From Psilocybe cubensis (lineage: Eukaryota): a DNA stretch of 64,000 nucleotides. The translations under genes and the position numbers were made by a program. The notes below the pieces were generated by a model that was not told the origin of the DNA, did not search any database, and worked only from the letters and a program-made list of their open reading frames with translations. Shown piece after piece: positions 24,519-36,000 of this stretch. Location: the NCBI GenBank assembly GCA_017499595.2, contig CM039000.1, positions 1,674,001 through 1,738,000 of the forward strand, read 5' to 3'. How positions within the stretch are numbered: the first letter of the stretch is position 1; every line of letters starts with the position of its first letter.

Positions 24519-25911
24519 CTACAGATCATCGGTGTTGCAATTCTCACAATACCATTTCCCCTCTGGAACTTCAGTTAAACCAACACAACCAAGGTGAAAC
24601 TACATTATATATATCTTGAGATAAAGATTAGCTCTTTGGCGAATGAATCGCACTCACCCATTCACCCTCACAGGATTCACCATCACAAGCAATCATCTAA
24701 AATTGTGAAGTAGTAACGAAGATGCATGACACAAAATACGTGACATACCTCTCCAAAAGAGACCCGATTGCAATAACAATATACCTCTTCGTTCGGATTT
24801 GTTGCGGGTAATGTTATTGTAAGCGACGTAGAATTCTTCCCTCCCTGCCCTACATCGATACCGTTATCCATATATGAACTTTGACCATAGTCATCATATC
24901 CAGCGTTGGTATAAATTCCTGCATCATCATCTTCATAATCCTCTGAGAGATTAGAAACTTTGCGAGACTTTCGAGGGTATTTCGGAGCGTCCACTTCAGG
25001 AAGGTGCAAAGTGACTCCGTTAGACGAACGAGATGCTTCAGCAGTTAATGTAGCTTCTTGTTCCTTGATAGCTTGATCGAGAAGCCGTATATGTCTTTCC
25101 ACCTAAAAGTGAATTAGGCCAGAAAGATTTAAATTGCGATTTTTGGTTTATTATCATACCGATTCGTGGTTAGCTTGAGCAATGTTTACTTTCTCTTGCG
25201 AGGCTCGAAGCAGTTCTTCCGCCATTGAAGCGACATGAGTAATAAGATCTCTGGTGGTTGTCATTTTCTTGTTTTTATCAGGCCCAACAGATCTCCTAAT
25301 TTCAAGAACAGATCCGCTTCGTGTTGGTGTTTGTGACGGAGAGGAAGTAGACTTCCCATTGTTCTCCGGCTTCTTCGTAGGACCTGTAGAGAAACCATTC
25401 AGGGATAACGATGTGTTTGTGGACGGTGTATTTATCACAAGTTGTTCTTCATGCGTTGAGACATTAGTAGATCCATTTTCTGATGCAGTTTCCGTGGTAT
25501 CATCCACGATTCCTGCCATGGCTCGGCGTTGTTTAATATATTTCTGTAATGCAGGGCGTATACTAGCAGCACATGCTATAGTTCGTTTGTTCATGGATTG
25601 TAAAAACTGTAGCAACAGCAAGATCTAACCTAGTGTGTGCTCGTCGAGCTGACGCATGAGAGAAAGTTGACGGTGCAACGTTAGCGGTAATTGTTCGATG
25701 GCTGCAAATACATGTAGGTCAAATGGACCCAAAGCATGCTATAAAGATCCATACCTTCATAATGGGCCTCCCTGATAGCATCCCAGACCTCTTGTTCTTT
25801 TTCTGCTCTCTGTTGTTCGGTTGAATTGGTGATTTCTGGAATAGGGTCCGTTGAAACATCTATATCTTCTTCTGGGAAAGCAGCATCACGTCTCCTTTTT
25901 CGAGGCGACAT
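24519..25911 (-). CDS. ING-family PHD-finger chromatin reader (Yng2/Pho23-like)
   Basis: IEQLPLTLHRQLSLMRQLD ING N-domain, EKVNIAQ...ERHIRLLD, C-terminal PHD YCYCNRVSFGE/MIACD..C..EW/FHLGCVGL..P.GKWYC..C. Confidence 0.9.
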
Positions 25912-26199
25912 CGGATTTTCGGATTAACATACAAAGTCCCAGAGAGACGAATTTGGGAGTAGAGTCAAAGCTGCTTGTCAGTGAAGTCTTCGTTGAACGC
26001 GTACTAATTGAAGAAAGGATCACATGCTACTTCCGTCAATGGTCATTGAACCCAATGATCACACATCTTCACACGGACCTCATCATCATCATGGTTATCG
26101 TTGGAAGCCCCTTGAAATATTACCGTGCTGGCCTCAAGGCCGCTGTTTTCCTGATATATTGCAGCATTCCCTTTCAGTGATCTCTATCTGTGTTTTCTG

Positions 26200-28515
26200 A
26201 TGTTGAAAGTTCTCGACGTCTCTAACGGAGCGTTGAATATCGCTGCAGTCTGCGGCGTACCTTTCATCGGTGCTGCAGCTACAGTCGTAGATGGAATAGT
26301 CCGTACTTGTGAGGATGTAAAAGTTCACAAGGTATGACTATATCGATTCATTCTTCCACTTCCTACTACTAACATTTCTCTCAGAGAAGGACAAGGCAAC
26401 TGTCAACTAGATGCTTACAAGTTCTCGGCATGCTAAGTGACCAAGCTTCGAAGTTGGAGGGCTCTGAGTTACAGAATATTGTGGACCAACTTGTCCCGTG
26501 AGTATTTCAAGCCGGATCAGATTGTTGGTGTTCATAAACACCTCTTCTTAAGAATACTAGAGAGAATTCAGAAAAGGACTTTACGTTGGTCGAGCTATAA
26601 CTCTGTGATGACTTTCAGTGATTACCGCAAGAAAATATGCTCTTTACACCCCAGTTCTTACGTCCTCGTTTGGCAGTTAAGAATGGCGACATAAAAGAAG
26701 GAATAGAATTATGTGATTCTGAACTTGATACCGCAATGACATTGTTTTCGGTATGTGCAAACCCCCCTCCTTCGCGATATGATTTGGACCCACGAGATTC
26801 TTCTTCAGATCAAGTGAGTGCGCAGTTAGTAAGGTTTGTGATTTGTCTCTGATGTTCCATAGCTCTACTATCACATTGCACTCGTCACAACGCGAAATGC
26901 ACGATATCATGAGGAGTCAAACAGAAGAAATGCGTGAAATGCGTGAACTTTTACATCGCGCTCTCAGTTCCAACGAGTTGCAAAATGCCAGTGTCGATAT
27001 TGCTGAGCAATTGATGGCTGGTGGCCAAAATGTTAGCGCCTCGTTTTTATTTGCGTTGCGTATCTGAACAACCAGTCTTGCAGGATTTGCGGCAACTAAG
27101 AAAAGTCCAAGAAAGACAGTTTGGAGATGACATAGTTCGCTCTACGTCCCCGCTCCCTCAAGTTTCGGATAGTCAACTTTACTTAGAACTTCAACGAGAT
27201 CTTATTACTCTCCATCGCGAAACTGGGATTCCCCCGACTATCAAAATTCTAGACGGGGAGGTTAAACGGTTGGACACAATACCCATTGCAGGTGGGACCT
27301 ATAGCGATGTTTGGCTAGGCCTGTGGCTTGGGGAGAAAAAGGTGAAGAAATTGCTGAAGGTTGAAATGCCGCTTATATACATCATAAGGTCGCTTTAAAG
27401 GCTCTCAGAAATATTAGGGCAGCCGACCCAAAAGCTAAGAAGGTCAGGAAATGAAACATGGCACGGAAAGATCGTTTTAACCTTACTGGTCGTTGTAGCG
27501 TTTTGAAAACGAGATTAACATGTGGGCTGGCTTGAAGAATGATCACATACTCCCATTTTATGGAATTGTTACTGACATGGGTCAGCATATTCATATGGTG
27601 AATGAATCTGTCTTTGAACATCTCCCGCACACTTACGCTGCTTTGAACCCTTAGGTGTCACCCTGGCAAGAGAATGGAAACGTACTTGAGTATGGAATTC
27701 TTTCGTTTACTATATCCAACTAAATCATCTTCCATTTACAGATACGTCAAAACTCACGGAGATAGTAACACCCGCATTCGTCTGGTTAGTATATCCGGTA
27801 GCGTTCCTTCAAACTGCACTCTGATTACCTGCCAGATACGCGGTGCCGCTCAAGGGCTAGCATATCTACACTCACGCAAAATCATCCACGGAAACAGTGA
27901 GTGAAATCGGTATTACTCTTTTGGAAAGATAACGAGCCTTAATGTTACTCCCAGTGAAATGTGTGCGTCTCTGTCTAACTTTCGATTCACTTCCTTCTAA
28001 CTGCACACTAAACTCAAACAGGCTAACATCCTGGTGACTGGAGAGGTACACATTTGTATCGTCGATAACCTACCAAGCTAACGAAGCTATTGCTCGGACG
28101 TCAGGGCGAAGCATGCATTTGTGACTTCGGGATGTCGAAAGTTATCGAGGAAGTCACGGAGAAGAGCGCTTCTGCCACGTTGACTGCTGGTGGGAATGCG
28201 CGCTGGATGGCTCCTGAACTGATCGAAGGCAGCACACCAACCGTAGAGGCGGATACGTATTCGTACGCCATGGCTATACTTGAATTGGTGACCGGGAAGC
28301 ACCCATTTGCAGACTGTAAAACGACAGCTGCGGTTATATATGAGATTGTAGTACACAAAAGGATGCCTTCCCGGCCTGAAGCCTTGCAGTATTGGTTGTC
28401 AGATGGTCTATGGGAGCTTTTATGTGCATGTTGGCAAACAGATGCTGCATCACGGCCCTCAATGGCCCAGGTGACCTCATATATACAGGCAATGGAGGAA
28501 ATGGCCTTTGCTTAA
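26200..28515 (+). CDS. MLKL-like protein: N-terminal helical (4HB/MLKL_NTD-like) domain + TKL-type kinase domain, probable pseudokinase; start approximate
   Basis: Spliced N-terminus GVPFIGAAATVVDGIVRTCEDVKVHK/RRTRQLSTRCLQVL.../ILERIQKRTLRW...DIKEGIELCDSELDTAMTLFS; kinase AGGTYSDVW, VALK, FENE, HGNMKCANIL, DFG, RWMAPE, DTYSYAM; about 13 introns including an 8-nt exon. Confidence 0.75.
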
Positions 28516-28767
28516 GCAACAGTTGGATAGGTATATATATAGTATGAGTTGTACAATAATCATATATTGGATTAATACTATCTGTGATATACCACAATGC
28601 AGAGGAACAGACAGACTGTTACCTTGGCTGGTAAAGAAATTTATGAGACAAAGTGAAGAAAAGCATAGGCCATAGCACAAAAAGAAACAAAGAGATTTAC
28701 AAAATATCAAAGCAGTTGAAGAATCTGGTCAGAAAACATGTACAGTGGCTTATAAGACTGGAAGAAA

Positions 28768-29633
28768 TTAATCATGACGAGAACCAACTGCTTTGCCAGT
28801 TCCTCCCTCTTCTTCAAGCCTTGCATTACTATCAACGATCAACTGTGGGGACAGTTTGGGATACACTGATGCTGAGTAGACAGGGTATTGATGGTTTAGA
28901 TCTGCCCCGTCATGAAGACCGACAGTTGGGTATTGTGGATGAAATTGTGATGGAACACCTGCCAGTTGATAAAGGCCATGAGTTGCATAGGGCTGATGTG
29001 GAGATGTTTGAGCCAAAAAGGTATGCGTAGGGATTGTGGGGCCCATGATGTAGTGAGGAGTAGAGTACATAGAGGGCACATTGCTGGGTTTGGAAGACGC
29101 CGGAGGATAAGAGGTATAAATGCCCGGAAAGCCAGGGATTTGAACATAGGAACCAGTGTTCGGTGACATTCCAGGCGGAATGCTGGTGTGTGAAGCACCG
29201 ATGATTTCAGGGGGCAGGTCATTCAGGTTAATATTCCTCCCTGTCAGACAACACATATACTCAGAACGAGAGGCAAAAGAACATTAATAGGCACAGGCAT
29301 AGACGCACCCCTTCCATCGCGCTTCTTGTAAGGCCCTCTCTTCACGCCCTTCTTGCGCTCTTTCCTTTGGGAATCGACGCATTCATCGGAGCAACCGTAC
29401 TTTATACAGCGAAGGCAAGGGCGTGCGTCGTCGCACTTCTTGCACGCCTTTTGGCAATGAGTACAAGCGTTCTTGACCTGCCTACGTTTGGGACGCAGCT
29501 GCTGGGCGGGCAGGAGAGCGCTTGGGAAGGAGTAAACATGCATGGTTACAGCAGAGATTGGTTGGGAAGAAGTCAAAGGTAGTGGTTCAAGAGAATCTTC
29601 GCCATCGATGCTTTTGTCGACGGCGGACGGCAT
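28768..29633 (-). CDS. Zn(II)2Cys6 binuclear-cluster transcription factor
   Basis: KRRQVKNACTHCQKACKKCDDARPCLRCIKYGCSDECVDSQRKERKKGVKRGPYKKR followed, after one intron, by a Pro/Tyr-rich region. Confidence 0.9.
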
Positions 29634-29925
29634 GGGACAAGAAGCAGGGTGAGCCTGAACTTTGCGTTTCTCGGCTTAGTGGGCATCGCTGACATAAACT
29701 TGCCCTTCTTTGTCCAGCCGATCTGCTGTTGCACCCTTGCTATTTTTTAGAGAGTGCCCTGTTCATCTGAACTGAGTTCGATCCCCAACGCCTCGCTGTC
29801 GACTCGTTACAGCCTACGACGAGCACATCGGGACCTGTCTTCACCATCACGCCCTGAAAACTCCGCGCATATACCAACGCGCGTCTGTCACGCCCGGCTC
29901 TTTTTATTAAGTAACCTCGAGTAGC

Positions 29926-32739
29926 ATGGCGCTCAGGCCAGAGGTCCTCCAAGCTTTCACTCTTCTAGGCATCGACCCAGACGCGGATATCCAGGTAGCC
30001 ACCAAAGCTTATAAGCGACAAGCTCTCCTCCATCATCCGGACCGCAACCACGGCGACCCAAAGGCTACACAGCGGTTTCAAGAAGTTTGTGGGGGTATAA
30101 ATATATTATGCACCGCTTTCTCACAAGCCAACCCCGCAGATCGGCGCAGCGTGGAACATCTGTCAAAGACATTTGGACAACCCTGCATGGGGACTCTCTG
30201 AATTCCAAGCGTCTTATACAAGTACGAAGAATACTTACAGATTCGCTGCCGACGATGATATTCCTTTGGACGAAGATGAGCTTCATCAATTCTATATGTA
30301 CTCTATTTTCCCGTGTGTCGGTTCGATCACCTTGACCTAACGAATTTTACATAGGTTCATGTTCGCTGAAACGCTGTTTGGACGTTATACGCGTTCAAAA
30401 GGCCAACGTTAGTTCATTCTAAAAGGAAAGAGTTTTTAAGTTCTAATATGGCATAAAGGCTATCGTTATGAACGCTCTGGACGAACCGGAGGAGGCATTT
30501 ATAGCTTTTCGGGGGGCCTCGCTAAGTCACAAGAACGTCAAGCGAGGAACACCGAGCGCCAAAGGAGGGAAAACGAAGAGTACGAAAAAAGAAAGCGCGA
30601 ACTAGGTAATCCTTTCAAACAGTGCATCTGTCAGAAGAGTTAATACTACGTGATTCAGAGCTGGAAATTGAACAGGAACAGCGCGAGCACTCCTTGTTAG
30701 AAAAGAGAAATAAAGCAGATGAGGACCGCAGGGCAAAAGCCCTTGCAAATGCCTTCCGAGTTCGTTACTTTCCGTCTTTCTTCGCTCATCGATTAATATA
30801 AGAGTTCTTCTTTTGTTTTTATTAGGCGGCTAGTTCAGGTGATTCTGCTTCCGTGAAAAACGCTATAATTGAGTATGATCTCGATGTCAATGCACCCCAA
30901 AAACGATCCAAAGGGCCCAAGAAACAGGATACTGTACCACATTCTGATTCATTACTACATGTGGTAGCAGGCCATTGTGATGAAAAGTTATTTATGTTTC
31001 TAATCGAGCGAGGTAAACGCGTTGATTTAATTTTTTTTTCATAATTCTGACTCATAAAATAGGAGCCAATCCTGTCGCTCTGAACAAAGCTCAGCTCACT
31101 CCTTTCCATGTGGCGATTAGAGCTGGGAATACAAGTATTGTTCAATATATCATGGAACACCGCGGGAGGGCTTTTGACGTATACCATCCATCTAAGGCAT
31201 CCCTTTCAGGCCTCACCCCTTTGCAGTTAGCTATCGAAAGTGGAGTTCCGTCCGTCGTGGAACTTTTAGTAAAGCATGCCACTACACATGATGTCGAAAG
31301 GTGTTGGAAGAGTAAAGATTGTTCCGAGGAGATCAAAGAGATTTTGCTGAAAAAGGTGATTAGCTCATAGTTTTTTACCCTCTCAGGCCCCTGATACCCC
31401 TTATCTCATAATATAGAAAGGATTCGTACCGCCGGAGATCCATTCATCTCCACTAGAGCCTGCACCATCAAAAAAATTGCAACGCCAAAAAGAACTAGCC
31501 CTAGAAAAGCAGGCAAGATTAACTCTCGAACTTGAACGAGCTACCATCAATCGTAGGAGGCGGGAGGAACGCGCCCGGAAGCGAGAAGAAAAGGATCGAG
31601 AAGAAGCTGCAATCACATTAGCGCAAGAACATGCACGTCTCAAGGAAGAGATGGAAGAACGCCAGCGATTGGAGGACAATCGCCGGGAACAAGAACAAGT
31701 ACGGCTCCAGGCGGAGATGAAAGAAAGGCAACAACTGGAAACCATCCATAGAGCTCAGGAGCAGTCTCGGCTCAAAGCTGAGATGGAAAGAAAAAGACTG
31801 GAAGATGATTGTAGACTTCAAGGACGACCTCGAACAAAAGTAGAGGGAGAAAGTCCGTTAAGAGTAGAAGTGGAGAAGCGTGCCCTAGTAACTTCAAGAC
31901 CAATGGTAAAGAGAAAAGAGAGAAGTGGTAAAGATCAATCAGAGAAAGAGGAACCGGCGATGGAAACATCTGAGCGGCCCAGACATCGTAGTAAGGAATC
32001 GCACTCACGCACATCTTCATTGACGACTTCCGTGGACGCACCCGTTGAGATTGAGAAAGTTGTCCCGCCACCAAACGTAGTGAACGTAGATGAACGCACA
32101 GCAGACCGATCTTTGAAAATAAAAGAGAAACGCAAAGAGGTCATGGCTAAAAGGAGACGAGAGAAGAAAAACGAACAAGCAGGGAAGCCGACGTTGGCAA
32201 TAGCCAATAACATTAGCTCGATGCCAAAGGCAGAATCTTCGAAAAAACACCATTATATGGTAATTTTCACTTTATTTAAAAACATGGGTGGCTCAAAGAA
32301 CTCCAAATTAAAAGATGACTGCTAAAGATGGGCAAAATACAGTGGATGAGGTTGACAGGAAAAGGGTAAGCCATCTACAATGCAAATTACACTATGAGAG
32401 TGACCCTGGGGACAGAATGAAGAAATACTGCGTCGCCGAGCAGAGCAAAGCGCCAGAGACAAGGAGAGGCACCGCCGGCTAGTCGAAGAACGAGCCAAAG
32501 CAGCCGAAATTAATCGTAGATCAGACGCCGGTACTGACTCAAGTTTACTCCTGGCGCATGTATCGACTGGTAGACGCCCGGAGCAAGAGATAGCTCGAGC
32601 AGAAAATAAGTGGGTATAAAATGGTCACTGCTGGGAGTATTTTATTGGGTAACTGATACATTTCCCGTAGCCGCATTCCGAGTCAAGCTCCATTGCTCGT
32701 ACCACAAGCAACAATCCCTCTCTCTGGGGCAGATTTTGA
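29926..32739 (+). CDS. DnaJ-domain + ankyrin-repeat + coiled-coil protein; 3' end uncertain (32619 or 32739)
   Basis: J-domain with HPD (YKRQALLHHPDRNHGDPKATQRFQE); ankyrin repeats (DSLLHVVA, LTPFHVAIRAGNTSIVQYI, LTPLQLAIESGVPSVVELLV); E/R-rich coiled coil. Confidence 0.8.
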
Positions 32740-33088
32740 GAATTACATAGAGGATATCCAGACATGCATAGTTCCAGAGGATCTGTTTGGAGAGGAGCGC
32801 GAGCCTGGCTTCGTATCAAGTAGAGGTCGAGGCCGACGAAGGCCCAGATATTTTGGTAGCAGATAGAGATCTGCCACTTTGTACAAATAGTAACAAACAC
32901 TGACATGAGGTGAATTCGGCCAACAAACATCGCGCCAGACATCCTCCTGCGCCAGACTGCTTGTCCTTCTGGCAGTACTCGAAGCTACATAGAACCGCTT
33001 TCACATTTTCCTTCCTTTTCTATATCATTTCCAGGGTCTCTTTTTCTTTTCTTTCTTCTTTCTATTAACGCCTTTCACGGCAATTCTA

Positions 33089-36000
33089 ATGTCTGCGCCC
33101 CCATCTCCCCGAATCGGACATTCACCTAAACGTAATTCCTCAACCAAGAAAAGAGATCGACCTGAGGCCCTCGAAATTCCGGGCGAGGATAGGAAGGCTG
33201 TATCAGACGGCGAAATCCGTTATGAACGCGAATATCTTGTTCCTGAGGACAAGAATACAGAAGAGGTAATATATAATTCTGCTTTCAGTGAAGGCACTTC
33301 GTTGATCGTGGCACAGCGCCAGCAATTCACCTTGAATGTCACCATACCCGACGGTACACCGATGGAACGAGAACAAACCCTTTCACGCCCCACGTCTTCA
33401 ACTTCCTCACTTGATCCATACTATTTTGGAATTCAGTCAGAATCCGAATCACCTTCAGCACCCCTACCGTCAGCCAACACGTATCTTACTGCCACTACGC
33501 CCGATCATCAGCGACCTATTGAGCCTACCACTCCAGCGCGCAATCCAGCTGCAATCGATAGACGTGGCCTCGTTGGTGTTGGAGAATTAGCTACCCCTCG
33601 CTGGGCTCGAGAGGGAAGCACTGATCGTGATGATACTGTTCTGGATGCTGAAGCTGAAGGGTATGATGTCGTGCCGAACGATGGCGAGGAAGAGGATCAC
33701 CCGGATAGTCCTTGGACCATTGAAGCCATTGATGGCGAAAGCTCAGAAAGAGAGGAGGTACGTGAATATGTTAGACCCTTTCTTTGCATCGATATTAAAC
33801 CTTTCCAAGGTTTCCAATTTGCAACCACATTTGCAACCACCACCGCGGACACTTCGCACACGACCTTCCATTGCAGATGAGAGTGGAGGAGAAGAAATTT
33901 TATATCCACGCAACATCCATTCGAGTGTACAGGCAAAGGAAGACATAGGCTCGACTCTTGCTGACGATACACCTAAATTCTCTCATCCTCCTGAGTATTC
34001 CTCTCCTGATGTCAATACGGTGGGATTGTCGCCACCCAGCGCCTTTAATCCAAGCGCACGGAAAACCAGGAAGCGGACATCGGGGGAATTTGAATTGGAT
34101 CAAACCGGCACATTGACTACCAAGTCACCTATATCAAGCTCGTCAACCAGAGATAAGCCTAAGGATGACAGATCGGCTCGAAAGCATCGTAGCCTTAATA
34201 TCTCCACAGTCTCGCCTAGAGAATCCAAAACCAAAGAACGACGCAGAGATAGCAGCGGTTTAACAATAACCAGCAGCATCAAGACTGCGCCGTTACCAGG
34301 GAAAACACCAGAACGACATATCAGGCAAAGTTCTGCGAGCTCAACTACTTCCAATGCTCCCGAAAGCCATCATTCGCGACGCGTCCACACTACTGACTTT
34401 TCTCATCTTCCTCCATCTCCCTCCTCTTCGTCAATTCAACAATTCCTACGCACGACAGCAGGGGCTACCGCATCGCAGCCCTCATCTTTGCATCGTTCTT
34501 CAAAGGACAATCTTCAGGCGCATTCATCTCCTAACGTAGCACATGCACTTCTTCGTGGTAATCATGAAGGTTGGAATCTGGATGATGAGGCAACTGCGGA
34601 AGCTTTTCGTAAATTGGATGGCATGGTTGGGAAGGGTGCTCGTGCTCGTGCCAGTGTTGGTAGCTTCGGGAGGCCCTCCAGTTCGAGTCGTCCAGGAACC
34701 CCCGCCAGTAAATCCGGCAGTCAATGGGAAGGTATCAGCACATCCGATTCTGGAAAGTCTAAGCGTGGCAGTGGTAACGTCAAGGATGGTGCATCATCAA
34801 AAGACAAAGGTGAATTCAGCTTGCAGGACCTTGTGGAGCCGTCTGTTGCGGCGGTTAGCAGCGACGAACAACCTCAGAGTCAACCACCTCTTGATAAAAC
34901 ACCCAAAAAAGCTAATGCCAGCGCAAGGTTGAGCTTTACACCAAAACGCGGTTCTACTTCCTCCACTACGTATGCGAGTACCCCAAGTTCGCGGGATTCG
35001 GCGTCCATGTCGGCAGCCACCAGTGTTACTTCTGTATCAGCCGCTTCAGGACGTCATTCTTCCAATAAAGGCCGAAGAAATAGTGCAAGCAGCGATGTTT
35101 CAAGTATTCACTCAACTGACGCTTCACATTCAGCTCTCAATGGGGATTCAACTGAAGTAAAGGTCGTTCCTCCTGTTCCTCCTCTTCCCAAAGATTTGTC
35201 GACCTATCGTTCTCCTCCATCCACATCTTCGGGCCTCACTTTCCCAGTCTTACCTACAGATGATAAAATCTACACAAGCGAGATTCAGTTACAACCACAT
35301 CGAAACGCATCCCTTGAAGCTCCCCCATCTTATACCAGTCCCGTCGTTTCTCCTGCTGCATCCTCGTCTACCCGGCGAGAAAGCCAGCACTATTCTTCGA
35401 CTAACGAAAGTTCTCCTGCTGTTCCCAAGACTCCTTCAAAGAAATGGAGCTTCAGTGCTCTTAATCTCAAGCTCTCTGGTTCTCCGTCAAACCAAAAGAC
35501 CTCGTCTTTCCCACTGAGTCCTCGCTCGGTTACATTCGGACAGCAAGGTCGCAAATCTTTATCAAAGGAACAGCCAACCTCTTCGTCGTCTGCAAGTGCA
35601 CCTTGGTCTCCGAATCACCCCGATGCTATGACGTCTGCAGGTTCACTGACGTCTCTTTCATCTGTCGGATCTGTGAGAACACCTGCTCAGATGCCTTCCC
35701 TTTCCAAGACTCCCGACCGCGCGCCTCAGACCAGTCGTCCAGGTACTGGATCAAGTACGCATACTACTTCAGGTCTTACTGCTCCTCCACCTGGTCCTCT
35801 TAGTCCATCCTCTTCCATCCGCCGTGGTCAAAACAAGCGTTTGACTCCATCTTCTATACCATTTTTCCGACGATCCTCATCTCAATCTATGCAAGTTCCT
35901 CCTCCAACTGGGCCGAATCCATCGTCTTCCCCTCCCGTTCCTGGCCTGTTGTCCGCAAATCAGTCCTACATGAAGCAGAGTACCTCTCCTTCTCAGGATT

